Part shown: piece by piece, positions 47,810 to 61,600 of the stretch
How the letters are laid out: every line of letters starts with the position of its first letter
How positions within the stretch are numbered: position 1 is the first letter of the stretch
Source of the DNA: Marsupella aquatica
Taxonomy: Eukaryota > Plantae > Marchantiophyta
Direction: 5' to 3'
Assembly: GCA_973895155.1 (NCBI GenBank)
Contig: OZ316894.1
Location: 10,509,874 to 10,573,873, forward strand
DNA: 64,000 nucleotides
Notes under the pieces: model-generated
Told to the model about the DNA's origin: nothing
Seen by the model: the letters and a program-made list of their open reading frames with translations, nothing else
The model's database searches: none
Made by a program: the position numbers and the translations under genes

Positions 47810-50800
47810 CTCATCATCTCATTATTCCTAGATTGCACTCACACACGCGCTGCTGCTATTCTGTACGTGACACTGCTGGATTACTATTCTTCTCCACCAT
47901 AGCCAGTTTTCTTGCTAGAGGGTAGAGCAAGTTTTTGTATGGACAGAGCTATACACCCCTAGACAAGTTTCAATCCATTTAGACAGCTTTGCACAGAACA
48001 ATCACATGCAATGATTCCATTGCTGACTCGATTCGACTGTGTCATTTAGCGACACTATGATTTGAGAATGACTGAAGATCGTTGGTTCACCACAAATCAT
48101 CCTCGATCATTGTGACACACCAAGGACCTCGTCAACCGCGTTGTTAAATTTTACTGTGACTACCGTAGTGTACAAAAACATGCGTAGCAATTATCTGTCC
48201 ACAAGTCAATGCTTTAGATTTGCAGTCCCATCCACTGCTTTTAATTTCCCCTCACATTTCTGTGTAAAAATGTCACGGTCAACAAGCGAAAGGGATTTTC
48301 TTCCCAGCAAAATGTCCAAACCCCTAAACAAATTGAGACATTCTTTAAATTAGCTGCGATCGATTCCTGAGGAAGTGTTCTGATGAGCGAGAGAAAAAGG
48401 ACTCTCCAGAACACTCATCCTTCAGAATAGCTATATGCGGAAACGAGTTTTCTCTTCAGAAAATGTTTCGTATCCACGATTGACGAATCGAAGATGCTAT
48501 GCAGCTGAGCAACACGAGCAAGTAAAATGTTTGATCATTCAGCACTAGAATATGTCTCAAATCTCTTCAAGTTCTGTACAGTTTGATTAGCTAAGTTCGT
48601 TGTGATGGCCAAAATCAAATTCTCCCTTGCATCTCTCTGATGTGTTTCACTCGGTCTTCAGACCCACTTTCTGAGCTACCTTCTCTGCGTCACGTTTGAC
48701 TGCCTTGGCTGCCTCCACGCCTACCTCCTTCAGCCCGGTCGCAGTTTCAGACACCTTGCTAGGCATGTCTTTGAACATATCCTTCGCAGTATCTACATTC
48801 TTGGCCACTTGACCTGTCGCTTGATCTTTCGCTTCAGATGCTTTTTCTCCTGCCTCGGCCGTCGTCTCCTTCACCTTTTCTTTCGCTTGATCTTTCACTT
48901 CGGTTGCCTTCTCTCCTGCCTCGGCCGTCGTCTCCTTCACCTTTTCTTTCGCTTCGGTCGCCTTACCTTCTGCCTCTGCCGTCGTCTCCTTCACCTTTTC
49001 TTTCGCTTGATCAACCTTGTGAGAACTTTCATCAACCACATCCTTGGCGACTCCCTTGCTTTGCTCCTGCTGTTGTTTAAATTCGTCAGACTTCTTTTCA
49101 TAGCTATCATCCACACTTCCTCCCTTGTTCATCATCCATCTTCCCATTTTCATAATCACGAGTCTCTTCATTGTTGGCCTTTGCCTGTTCTCGTCATTTA
49201 GCAATCGAGAATCACAACCAATCCGTTATCAGGTGATAGGATCTTCGTTATATTCTAGCACAAAGCTATTCTCTGGGAAACTATGTGATTTTAATTACGA
49301 CCTCATCTCCCCTAATGTGTCGTGGCTCCGGTTAGTGGATGCTCCATCGACTGATTAACCACGAAATCAGCGAATACATCACTGGTAGGCGTCGGATGGG
49401 CATGGAGGTTCTGGAAGTATAGCCACCAAGGTTATCAAAGCTGGATGTCCGACCTTCGTTTAAAGTCCAAGTATGAGGTAGCATTACGGCCTTATTCATG
49501 GATGTGGAGGCAACAAAGCCTAAATCCTCATGTGCACTTCGGTAAGACTGTGCATATGTGGGAACGCGGCAATGAAAGACGTATTAAGTGTGGTGTCTGC
49601 AGCTTATTCATACGGTACTAGATGAGGAAAATCAGCAACAACAGAGGAGCAAACTTAACTAACACGATGAACTTGGAAAACTCACCTGAGCGTCGGACAG
49701 TAATCCCCGGTTAGGGAAGAACCGTCCTTGCCAAGGAACCGCAAGTGCCTCAAGTCTGGTGCTACTGCCGTTGCCGATGCTCGGCCTCTGCAAGATCGTC
49801 AGGAACTGCGCAGATATTCTCCGTGCGGCCATTGTGAAACTTGCTCGATCACTCCGGTCCACAAAACTACAACTACTCAACGATTTGACACAGCAAAGTA
49901 TCTCTCAAACCTGCACGAGAGAACACAGATCGAATTCAGTTTACAAACTGTCACCAGACTTCAAACGAGACGGATCCGCCTCAAATGCACTCGAGAGGGA
50001 GACCCACCTCCCTTAATCCAGTATCACAAATTCGTCGAAGTGACACAGTAAATAAAGACGAGAATTGAACTGCAATGTACTAGAGACACAGGAAACCCTA
50101 CCTCACTCCATCAATCCAGTAGCACGAATTCGCCGACGCGAGACGGTACTGAAACGAGAATTCAGCTCAAAAATGGATTTCTGCCCCAATGCACTCGAGA
50201 GTAATACCTACCTCACTTGTTGATCAGAGCTCACTGATGATGCTGATGGACTTCTCCGATGAAGTGATGCACTGAGGTTGCGATGGAGCTGCGGCGTGAC
50301 ATTGGAGTGTGCATAGCATTGAGCTTGAAATTGCATGCGGGGGGGGGGGGGTGGGGGGGGTCAGAGTGAGCGTCGTCATGTGAGAGCAAGGGACAGACAC
50401 TTGTTCGCATTTGACTGGGCCAGGCGATGCGCTTTGCGAGGTGGCAGCTCCTTCATGCGCCGCGTGGTGATTGTAGAAGCTGCGCATTTTGGTTCGTTCC
50501 CGGGCACCCGCCGGCTGCCCGCGGGCACGAAAGGCGAAACTTCCGTGCTTCGGTGTGACCTTTTTGACCCTCCTAATAATAACGGGTTTACATAAACAAC
50601 TTTCAACTACTTCACCACTAAATATATATGATAGTTCCCAAGGGCAAACAAGGCCGAACCGGGAGACATGATACTAAAGCAACCCAGTGAACTAAAGATG
50701 TTCGATTCTAATTAACAATAGTGCCAGAGTTTGTTTTATATTAATGAATATGTCATGGTTTCATATCTATACAACAAGTTCACCAATGTAACAAAGGAAA

Positions 50801-50893
50801 CTATATACTAAAACGGTGGAGTATTTGTTTTATACAAAAAATAATAATGATAATATTATAAATCCAAAATCTTTAGTGGCAATATACTTAAAA
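47810..50893. repeat. Direct segmental duplication of the LEA locus (paralogous to ~27676-30470 plus ~34145-34415)
   Basis: Collinear similarity covering downstream flank, CDS, intron and upstream region. ATCTTTAGTGGCAA..TACTTAAAA is shared at 34391 and 50869, beyond the LINE. Confidence 0.88.
48647..49832 (-). CDS. Group 3 LEA-like gene, copy 2 (exons 49832-49686 and 49184-48647), apparently frameshifted
   Basis: Near-identical exon 1 and C-terminus to copy 1, with one extra repeat unit. With the homologous acceptor, exon 2 is 538 nt (3n+1) and reads ...GKMDDEQGRKCG*. Confidence 0.7.
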
Positions 50894-50939
50894 ACCTTTT
50901 ACAAAGATTAGGAGGCAGGTCTGTGCTTTAGTGAGGGTA

Positions 50940-52037
50940 TCTGTGTGTAACCATTTATGGAGGCACTTGCCATTTTCATAATATTGTGCCTGAAAACTCA
51001 TGCTCTACGTGGAATTCTGCAAGCCATTTCTAACCAGGACTTTAGTGAGGGCTCTACAAAAAGTAGGAGGTCAATCAAACACTACTGTAACACTTTACTG
51101 AGACTACCGGTGTGCAACCATTTCTACAGGTATCTGTTATTTTCATAATCTCTCCCTAAAAAACTCATTATCAGTGTGGAAAGTTATATGCCATTTCTTA
51201 CTAGGCTTTAGTAGGGGCTCTATAAAAGTTGGAGGGCGCTAGAGCACTACCAGAACACTTTAGTGAGGCTACTCATAACCATCTGGCTGCTTGTTTGCCA
51301 TTTCTCACTAGGGCTTTAGTAGGGCCTTTACAAAAATAAGGAGGTTGGTTGGGCACTAGGGTTGAACACTAGGGCTTTAGCAAGGCTACTGGTGTGTAGC
51401 CATTTCTGGAGGTACTTGCTATTTCCATGATCTGTCCCCCAAAAACTTGACTCAAAAGTTAATAAGCCATTTCTTACTAGGGTTTTAGTCCCAGTTGAGC
51501 ACTAGCGCTTTAGCAAGGGAACTGGTGAGTAACCATTTGTGGAGGTACTTGTTATTTCCATAATCTCATGCCTAGAAACCATGATAGACACTGAAATCTA
51601 CAAGCCACTTCTCACTAGAGCTTTTATTAAGGGCTTTACAACAAATTAAGCGGCCAGTCAGGCACTAGGGCTGTAGGAGGCTACTGGTGTGTAGCCATTT
51701 TCTTGAGGTACGTGCTATTTTCATAATCTCTCCCCAAAAAACTCATGATCGACGCGGAAGTTAATAAGCAAATTTTTACTTGGGCTTAAGTGCGGTCTTT
51801 ACAAAATTAGGTGGCCAGTCAAGCACTAGTGCTATTTTCATAATCTCTCCCCAAAAAACTCGTGATCGACGCGGAAGTTAATAAGCCAATTTTTACTTGG
51901 GCTTAAGTGCGGGCTTTACAAAATTAGGTGGCTAGTGCTTTTACAAAATTAGGTGGCCAGTCAAGCACTAGCGCTTTAGCCCCGGCTTTAGCAAGGCTAA
52001 AGGTGTGCAACCATTTCTGGAGGTACTTGCTATTTCC
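50940..52037. repeat. Degenerate ~130-165-bp tandem array; a related unit at ~38060-38140
   Basis: Recurring A(A/G)CCATTT.TGGAGGTACTTGCTATTT.CATAATCTCTCCCCAAAAAACTCATG. Confidence 0.75.
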
Positions 52038-53055
52038 ACACACCAAAGTAGCCATTCACACCATTCACACTCACCAAAGTAGCCAGCCATTCACACCATT
52101 CACACTCACCAAAGTAGCCAGCGGCCGTCTGAACCACAAAAAAGCTGGTTTGATGGGAAGATAAGGGAGATATGTTACAAACCATGGAGGTCTTTTGAGA
52201 TTATTGGCGTACTGTCACATCCAGCAACTGGAGTTCTGGGCAAGGGATACATGTGGTCACTTTTCTTAAGCAAGCCATGGAGCTCTGTTAAGATTTTTAG
52301 CTGACAACTAGCGTTTTGGACAATGGAGACATGTGGCAACCTTTCCCAAGGAAACCATGGAGGTCTCTGGCATACTGTCAGATCCGACAACTAGCATTTT
52401 GAACAAGAGAGATATGTGCCAACCTTTCACAAGGAAACCACACCTGGTTAAACCTCTATCAAAGTGATCACAGCTTCCAAAATTGGTGCGGCTTCTTGAG
52501 TGTGCTAGGATTAAGTCTATACTGAAGTTAGTAGAAGAATTGAGGTGCGATTCTGGTGACTCAGGGTGCATTTCATAAATTCTGACTGTTCAATCGACTA
52601 ACATTCATGATCAATTTTACAGAAAACTTACCTAATCATGAAGACAAACAATTTATCACCCATCGTGAACAGACTGCATGAAAATCGATTACCAAATCAC
52701 AACTCATCTGCAATTTCACATTGGACTTCATAACCGTTCACTGTTAGTAGATTTTTTTTCCTAGTCTTAGTATTCCGACAGGCTTGGAACTTGACGATAT
52801 GGATCTCAAAAATCAATTATTGCACCTCGCCCCCCGTTCATAAGATACGAATCCTCTTCTAAGCTAAGACTACCTTGTTACTCAGAATACGAGTTAATCT
52901 AAAAATAAACCTACTTGCCTAAGTTGGTGGCAGGATACTATTTGGTAACCATGCCACTCCGATGAATATTAAGAAATGGATCTCTCTAATCTTTCTTGTC
53001 TCGCCGACAAGTGGGAGGGGGTGCGAGCACAAAATTTGGCTCAGAGTGCAGGGTC

Positions 53056-56000
53056 TTATGATGGTTCTGGGGGGACCAACTTGAGACTGCGCATCCACTC
53101 ACAGAAGCTAAGTTCATCTGTAGGCACAAAGCTACTCTTCAATCTAGCTCTTTGATCTGGTCTTAAACTTCTGAGCTGTGGAAACCTGGCTTCCTGCATG
53201 GACCACAAGATAAGCCATCCCATCTTTCAGAATTTCTTTCCTTTCTGCATAAGTTTGCGCCAGGCTTGAGAAGACGTTATCAAGCCCTAAAGAAGCCATT
53301 GCTTCCCCGGGAAAAATGCTTGGAGAATCAAATTCATTATGGTGTGACCAGAAAGCGTGCAAGCATATATTGCAATTGTAAATTACGAAGAGGCTGATGA
53401 CTTGTACCTGTTCATGAGTAGGATCTTTGTGGGCAGCTATTAGCCTAGATTTCAGGTATCTAGCCTGTGAACTCGATTCCTGCAAAACCCAGAATTTTTC
53501 TTATAAGATCAGTGAGGTGCATTCATAATGCAGAATAACCATAAAGAAGTAACAACAGCCCGAGAGGAATGAAGACCTCCACAGTAGGAGCATCTCTTTA
53601 AGAAACCTGGGTCCTCGAAAATGGTTTAGATCTCTGAAGAATGACACACCTTAAAAGCAAGTATCCGTGGGGATGGAAACCGGCTTTCTGTAAGCTCCTG
53701 AGCGAGTGTTCGACAAGCAGCCAATGCTGCAGCATTTCTTGCTTCGTCGGCCACGACATCCATTCCCTGATACATAAATGAAATCCCAAATGAAAGTTAA
53801 AGGACATGAGTGAACCTTCAGATGTACAAACTTGAAGGTAACTCAAGGTCACAATTGCAGCAACTGCGAGACACCGAATGCAGTGATTCAGGAGTATCTG
53901 TGGACTCTAAACCTAAAGCCTGAGTGAGCATTGTCACCAAAGCATCCTCGATGGCCCTGATAACTAACATGCACAAGAAACACATTATACAGACAGTTGC
54001 ATTAGAAGAGCTCCGGTTTCATTTTCCGGTCATTCTACGCCACAAGAATCACCTCCCACGTGCCTCTTACTCCATAAAACTCTTAACTATCACCCTTTGA
54101 ATAGGACTGTAAAAGAAACTCTCCTTCTTGGTCACAAACAATTGTACAAGATTGGATCCAAAGAACTGTTAGAGAACACATTCAGCAAACCTGCGTTAAG
54201 AGAGAAGAAAAATACCATCCATATAAAAAGATCAGTTCCATGATCCATTACTAGAGACGTATCGGACTGCATGGCTAGATCATATGCAGGTAGTTCTTCA
54301 AATGTTCCACCCTCACGATGCATCAACAGCCGAGGGGCCATCATCCGCAATGATAAATCAAATGATGCCTGCAAGAAGATGGATCTATATACAGCTCTTT
54401 CATCTTCATGACCCACCACCTTGCCCAGCATTGGGCCACTCCTCAAGTGATAGAGCAGCTCCGGTAATCTTGGGAGCTCCTTTGGAAATTTCCACAGCTT
54501 CGTTTTAGGCAACTGTGCTCCAAACTTTGAAGCAATATCTTTAACCCTTTCACCAACTGAACCCTGGGCATCAGGTAGGTCAGAAGCCTGCTCAGCAAGT
54601 AAGACAGTTTTCTTTGCACTAATGACAGCTGCAACCTCGTCATCAACACTTTGCAAGTACGTTGATGGACTACCAGTGGTTGGAAGCCTGACAGTAATGA
54701 CCCTGGTCAGTTGCATCTGGAAGATATTAGTGTAACGGGCTACGAACTGGAAGTAGACGAAGTCACCAGTTATATTCTGTACCAACTCCATGCTTAAGGC
54801 AAACCCCTGACTGTCTTCAATGCTCAACATTCGGACTGCTGTACAAGTATCCTTTCGAAACTCCGAAGAATCGACTCGTGCTTCTTCACCAGGACCTATG
54901 ACCCGGGTAACAGCAACCTCGCTGGAGCACCTCACCTCCAAAACTCCTCGAAATCCAGACGCTCGACGAACCGAACGCTGCATATTTAAACCAAAGGTTT
55001 CTCCAAAGTCATCGTGAAGAACTAGCACACCACCAGAAGCCTTTGCCAAGGGTTGAAGTATCGGTATTCTCACTGGACAAGTTCCAGCACACAACACATC
55101 CACTGCTGTGTCTAGCCGCCGGGCTTCATGACCTAAATGATCCATTTGTTTGATTGCCTTCTTCTCTAAGTAGGCATAATTGGGATGACTCCTGGAATAC
55201 GGTAATGAACCAACACCCGTAGTGTTCGGTCCACCTACACATGCAATGATGCGATTACTCCCTCCTGACCTCTTCACTGTGCTCCTCGGAAGCTCCGTGG
55301 AGGGACCCTGGATTAGAGACAGCGCCACCTCAACAGCTGTTCCTAAGCATCTATCCCGAGCGGCCTCCGGCAAGTCCCCCCTATAGGACCGGAGTGATGA
55401 AATAATGTTGTGAGCAACTGAAAGCCCCGCATGAATTGGGGCAAGGTAGACACCGGTTCCATAGATGAGCATTTTAAGAAGTTCTTGATTAGGAGAGGAG
55501 TCACCGGGTAGAACATCAGCTGCTGCCACGCCCACCTCCGACAGATCATAAACAGAGACCGTCCGTCCAAAGGTGATAATTCCAATCCTAGTTGCCGGTC
55601 CCAATGAGTCAAGGAACGAATGTAGAGAGCTTTGCAGGTGCTGCAGATGAGGATCATCTAAACTCTCATCTATCAGTATAACAACGGGTGCTGCCATTGT
55701 TGAATCGGAGACAGAGACAAAGCCAGGTCGTCTCGTTCCACCCCCATCAACATAATCAACAACACTAGTTACGAGTTCGGGCCAATTCTGGATGTTCTCA
55801 GAAGCGGCTGACCTGTACTCCCCCTCACTACTGTTTAGTTTGTTACATAAGGAGCATCTCCAATGACCAGAATTAGGGATAATCCCACAGAAGAGATTGA
55901 CGTAAGCTCCACAGCTCCGACATCTAAGCCCATCTCTTCTCAATATTGAAGGACCAGGCGTTGTCTCTCTTCCCGGAGTAACCAGGCACCCAAAACCCAA

Positions 56001-57719
56001 ACTTGGTGCGTTTGCTTTCTTTTTGTCTTTCAGCACCTAGCAGAAAATACACACCACGGAGACTTCAGGAACTTTCACTAAATCTTTCACTCAACCTGCT
56101 AAATGGAAGTGGACAATTCATACCTAAAGAATCACAAAACAAGACAGTACCTGTAGTATTTGCAATCAAAACCATTCAAGCAATATTCCCATCCTATAGT
56201 AAGTTCAGAGATGAGTTCCAGTGCGTTCATCAATCCTTGCAGTCGGATCAAAAAGACAACGTTGCTCAAGACTGCTCGTGGAAATCAAACTTCCTGCCCT
56301 ACGTCTCTACAATGTCATCCATGTTTTGCGCAACTTGCAAAACCGCTTAAATCGGTGATATGTGATGATACAGTGTAACGCTACGAAATTCCTTAGTGTG
56401 AGCGATTTTACACAGATCTGTACAGAAAGTTAAAATTCCGTCCACTTTCCAACAAAGAAATAACGTCCGTCAATTCCCTTACTGTCATATAAGCTCACCT
56501 TATCGGCAACCCAAAGCAGACGGTGATACAAACGGGTTTAACAGATATATTTCTCAAGCTCCTCAGAACCGAAAATTATTGGGATGCACACGGATATGCT
56601 CTGTCCCAATACTCTACCCAAAAGCAGCCGAGTACAGAAATTTTTCAAGCTCGTAAGAACCGAAGAATGTTCGTAGGCACTGGAATATGCTCTGTCCCAT
56701 TACTCTTCAGAAAAGCAGCCGGGCACAGAGATTTAAACTCCTCCGGCCCCAAAGGATAGAGATATACTCCCGGCAATCATATAAATAATTAGGCAGCTCA
56801 AAATCAACGTTGCATTTTAATCGCAGCTTAAGAAGGGAAGCATAAAAAAAAGGGTGACTGAGAGCCGACAATAGGAACAAATGTGCCACTCCAGAACATG
56901 GTGTTGACAACCTGTCAAAGAAAGAAGGATGGGTTTTGCAGGGTAATTGGCCAAAGGACTATGAGGTGCCGCTCAGTGGAAGATACTGTGTGACCTAATT
57001 TTCACTGGACCTTAGTGACCATTCTAAACGAGAAAATCGCAGGTGCAGAGGAAATATCTTACCGTCTGAGCAGAAAACAACACGAAGGATGCCGACGCTG
57101 AAAAGCTGGAGGCATCAAATTCGTCTTCTGTGATTTTAGAATAAAGAGGCTGATCCGCATTCCCAAAATCGGCAGTTGGTGGAGTTCCAGGCACCAAGGG
57201 TATCTCCGAAAAGGTGCTGCCTCCTCTCCCAGGTGATGCCACGGCATTAAATGACGGGATAGGCCGCAGAGGGCTTGCGAATTGGGGTGGCTGAGTGAAG
57301 TGGCTCGGAGGAGGGCCCATCGGAACTGCAGGTGCAATAGATCCCATTGGAACATTGTACCCGCCGTTGCTTAATCCATGACTACTCGAAGTGGAGTACG
57401 ATTTCCCATCTGATCTCTGATCCGCATTTGACTGAGTTCCTGCTTGGTTGGACGACTCCTGAGTTTCGACAGGGGATGCGGAAAAGTCCCTCACAGAATC
57501 CGAGTCTGCTTGGAATACAGCCGAAACAGGCTTTTCGTCGCTGCTGCTGCCTACACGAGACGAAGAGGAGAAGGATGGCAAGGGCGGCGGAGGAGATGGA
57601 GTGACTGGCTGAGGGGGTGATGCAAACGGATTCACAGCAGGAGCTGCAAATGCCGGAGGTGCTGCCCGCCGCCTATCCGCCGGTGGTCCTTGAGCAGGCG
57701 TCCCCGGTGGATCAGCCAT
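53056..57719 (-). CDS. SEC23A: SEC23A-like COPII coat protein; exons 57719-57063, 56036-54216, 53766-53650, 53479-53408, 53193-53056, ~934 aa
   Basis: Pro/Ser-rich N-terminus, zinc finger CRSC...CSLC, trunk (vWA) domain VILIDES...IGIITFG, gelsolin-like DHGTDLFIW, SSQARYLKSRL and C-terminal SFCEWMRSLKLVPPEP. Resembles the recalled Arabidopsis SEC23A. All introns GT-AG, phase 0. Confidence 0.93.
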
Positions 57720-58251
57720 ATACACACCTCCTCCTTAAAAACCTCAGCTGCTCCTCTGCATAACCGGGCGGCCAGCTCAGGAGGATCAAAATCTTTCCCT
57801 CCCAGCGAGAAATCCCTATCTACAAATCGATCTCAGGCACCCCGAAGCAGGAGAAGAAGCAGATCCTCACAGAGACTGCAAATTCGCTGCTAGAGTTCCG
57901 GCTGAGCAAAAACCAAGCAATACATTACATCCCCGATCAAATCACGAGTAGTCAAAGCAGGACACGGCTCCGCTACACTCCACTCCGAGGATTCAGCGGA
58001 CACACGTCCAATGAGCCAACAACCATCATCAGTCTTCCGATGCAAGAACTTCCGTTTCTCTCGTGTTTCCTTCTATTTGTCGCGTTTCTTCGTCTCGCTC
58101 TCTCAGCTGAACCCTGTGCCTGTCCTTCTTCTTATTAGAAAAGGACGAGTTCCCTGTTGCGGTGGATTCGAAGTAAGATATAGTCTACCCGTGTATAAGT
58201 GCACATGTATAAGTGCAAAACGTATATTTGCAACGTGTATAAGTGCATTCC

Positions 58252-58680
58252 GTGGGAACTCAGGTCGGTCATGTAATCCCCTAATATTACTACACTTATT
58301 TTCTATAAATGCACCAAAACATGGGTAACTCAGGTCGGTGATGTAGTCCCCTAATATTACTAAATCTTTTTTTGTAAATGCACCAAAGCATGGGTAACTC
58401 AGGTAGGTCATGTAATCCCCTAATATTACTACATTTTTTTCTGTAAATGCACCAAAACATGGGAAAAGATGGGTAACTCAGGTAGGTCATGTAATCCCCT
58501 AGTATTACTATGTAGTTCTGTTGTAAATGCACTAAAACATGGGTAACTCGGGTGGGTCATGTAGTCCCCTAATATTACTACATTTGTTTTTTTGTAAATG
58601 CACCAAAACATGGGCAACTCAGGTCTGTCACACAGTTACCTAATATTACTATTTTTTATTTGTAAATGCACCAAAACATG
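58252..58680. repeat. ~69-bp minisatellite, about 6 copies, upstream of SEC23A
   Basis: CATGGGTAACTCAGGTAGGTCATGTAATCCCCTAATATTACTACATTT...GTAAATGCACCAAAA repeated head to tail at 58320, 58389, 58458, 58538 and 58609. Confidence 0.9.
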
Positions 58681-61600
58681 CACCATCTCTAAGTGCAGGT
58701 TGAGCAGGTAGATGTCACTAAACACCAAGTACTTAAGCGCATTTTTGTCACTAAATAACATATACAAAAGCGCATTTCTGTCTATAAGAGTGTTCTATAA
58801 GAGTGCACATACATCTATCAGTTAGTGCAACACATATGCTTGAAGCATTTGTTGATAAGTGGAGTGGAGAACTACACATGGTAGTTTCATGCACTTATTT
58901 AACTGAATTGTGCAATATGAGGAGTCCCATGCATATGACCTGAGAAGACACTTGCGACAGTGCATAGGTGATTTCACATGCACATATGGAGAAGTGAGTG
59001 AATGATGTCCATGCACTTATGACAAAGTGTATAACTTGCATGACTTATGATATGGATAAGTGCAGGTTTGGGGTGTCTTCCTAGGAGCCTGCACTTGGAC
59101 ACGTAGACTGAACAGACACACAAGTCAACAAGCAAACATGCAAGGAATTGGGGAAAGGACAGTGCATTGTTGCAGGCTCACAGGGGGGATAGTTCGAAAG
59201 TTTTGGAAAGTGTGCCTGACGGTAAGGGGGGCTTTACAAGACGGTGGGGGCCATTGACTGCCTCTCCATCTAAAGTGAAGTTCATGACCATTTCAAGACA
59301 CTAAAGTTAAAATGCTTGAGCCAAAATATGTCATTGATAAATGTCATTCCCTAAAGAGAGCTTGCTCAATTTTTTTAGACCACCACAAGAGGAGGTCTAA
59401 GTTTTTGACAAAATAAACATGTACACATCAGCCGAAAAAGGGGTCCACTAAGAGATGACTAGGTTTGACAATAGTTTTGATTCATTGTGCCCCCAAGTTC
59501 ACGTAAAGTGAAGTCGAACCTGTTCCCACATTTGAATGGTTAGGATTGCGTCTCACACATAGAAAAAGAGGAAATGTTGCCCCCAGGTTCTTGTACAGCC
59601 TCCCTTAAGAATAGTTGGACTTGTAGGGCAGCAGAAAAAACTCAGAAAGTTGAGACTGCGATCAACAGTTGGTGAGTGGAAAGTGATTGTGATTCAGGAA
59701 GAACGCTAAAAGTGTGTCGGAGGAGGAGAAGCGGACTTGCGACATTGCTATATGGTGAACACCTTCTACCTTATTTTGTCTTATTAGAAATATGAGTTCT
59801 GAATTTTCTTTTAAATCTGGCCTAGTGTATCATTTCACTTTGTATTGGTTTGAATTTAACAAATTATCTAACCCCTTTAATTATTTCAAGTTTATGATTT
59901 TCATTTGATTTGATATGTCTTACTGTGATAGCTTATCATGTATTTGATGAGATTTTTTCTCTGCCATTCATTCTCTATTGCACGAGATGGTCAGACTCAC
60001 CAGGATGCACCCAGTACAAACACCAGAGATGCCCTGTAGGTTATATGTCCATTGGTGAAAAACTTTCCAAACGTTATGGTTTAAAGGTTAACAGGTGTCA
60101 CCTAAATAGTGAATTTTTCAATAGGGCCTAAAAGTAGAGTACAAAGCCAGAGTATAAAGCTAACATACTTCTATGTCAAACACAAAATACTATACGGACC
60201 TCTAGGGTACATCTTACAAGTTATGTACTTGTTTTTCACCTAAAAAGTGCATAAAGGTGTGCATTTTTATTCTATTTATTTATTTGATTCACTGTTTTAA
60301 TGTATTTGAATATTATGCTATAATTGCTATTTGATAAACTATTTAAATTAATTGGTAGTTTACAAAGGATACAATTGACATTATTGTCAATAAGTTAAAA
60401 TAGCTGTGTCTTAGAACGAACATGCTATATTGCAGCTGTGTGAAAACAGGTTGTGAGGACAGACAGATTGGTATTTTATTATATCAAAGTGCCAAAGACA
60501 AAAAAAAAACCAAACCAGGTGACAGGGTCCCAAACCCAAAGCAACCCAATCGGGAGGAAAAGGAAGGCCAAAAGGCCCCAAGACCAAAAAGGTCCAACAA
60601 TGCAAGGAGTCCCCCGTCCTCACACCAACAAAAGAACAAAGAACCCACTAAATAGCCCAAAAGACTAACACCATACAGGACAGAGAACTGACAAGTCTAG
60701 CAGTGCTCCGAAGTAAACCCATGGAAGGGTCACAAACTAGTGGAATCTGTCTAGAGACCCTAAAACCAACTAACTCGGCTTTACAAAAGATAGTGAAAGC
60801 TTGAGTCCTCTGAAGTGCAATAGACACCCTTTGTATAACAAAGATGATGAGGACAAAGATAGGGGTTTAATTGATCACGAGCCTCTAAAGGCAAAAATGG
60901 GGGTAATGTCTACTTTCATGTCTACTAGAGGCAAAAACTACAGTGTGCACAGAGATTACACACCTTGTGAGTGCATGAGGAGTTTACAAATCCTGTCCTT
61001 TGGAGCCCCTATTGCTTTTCAAGGAGAACGGCACTACCCTGGATTTAGTAGGGGTCTCAAACCTGTAGACTTAATAGGAGGGTTTTAGCTAGAGTTTCTA
61101 GGGGTCTATTATTGCCCATAATTAGGTGTTAATAACAGGGTTACTACCCTTAAAGCTTACATAAGGTTTTTAATTTGCTAAGACTAGCAGAGAAATTTCA
61201 TAATTGCCTGTGTTCTCCCATTTGCACCCAACATCATTATATGGAGCTCATGGACATCTCAAAATTAATAGGACCACTCATCCTCCACCCAGAGTGACAT
61301 CAACTATCTTGCAAGCATACCTGGAATTGCTGACTCTGGGCTAAATGACAACCTTGATGAACACCTCAAGCTAATATTCCTCAATCTCACCATCCAAAAA
61401 CATTAATACTATCTCCTCCACAAACTCCCCCCCCCCCCCCCCCTTGTGAAACCTCATAACAATCAACCACTGCATACACAAGGTCCCTGACAGACAATCT
61501 TGCGAGAATAGGGCCCCAACATAATTTGGGCAACATGAAACATTCAGCCGTTAGGTAGGGACAGCACAGAACCAGGTAAAAACAACTAATAAGCTTAATG

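Noticed and set aside
58252-58680. CRISPR-like regular array
   Set aside because: Whole units repeat head to tail with no unique spacers. No cas genes, and the context is eukaryotic.
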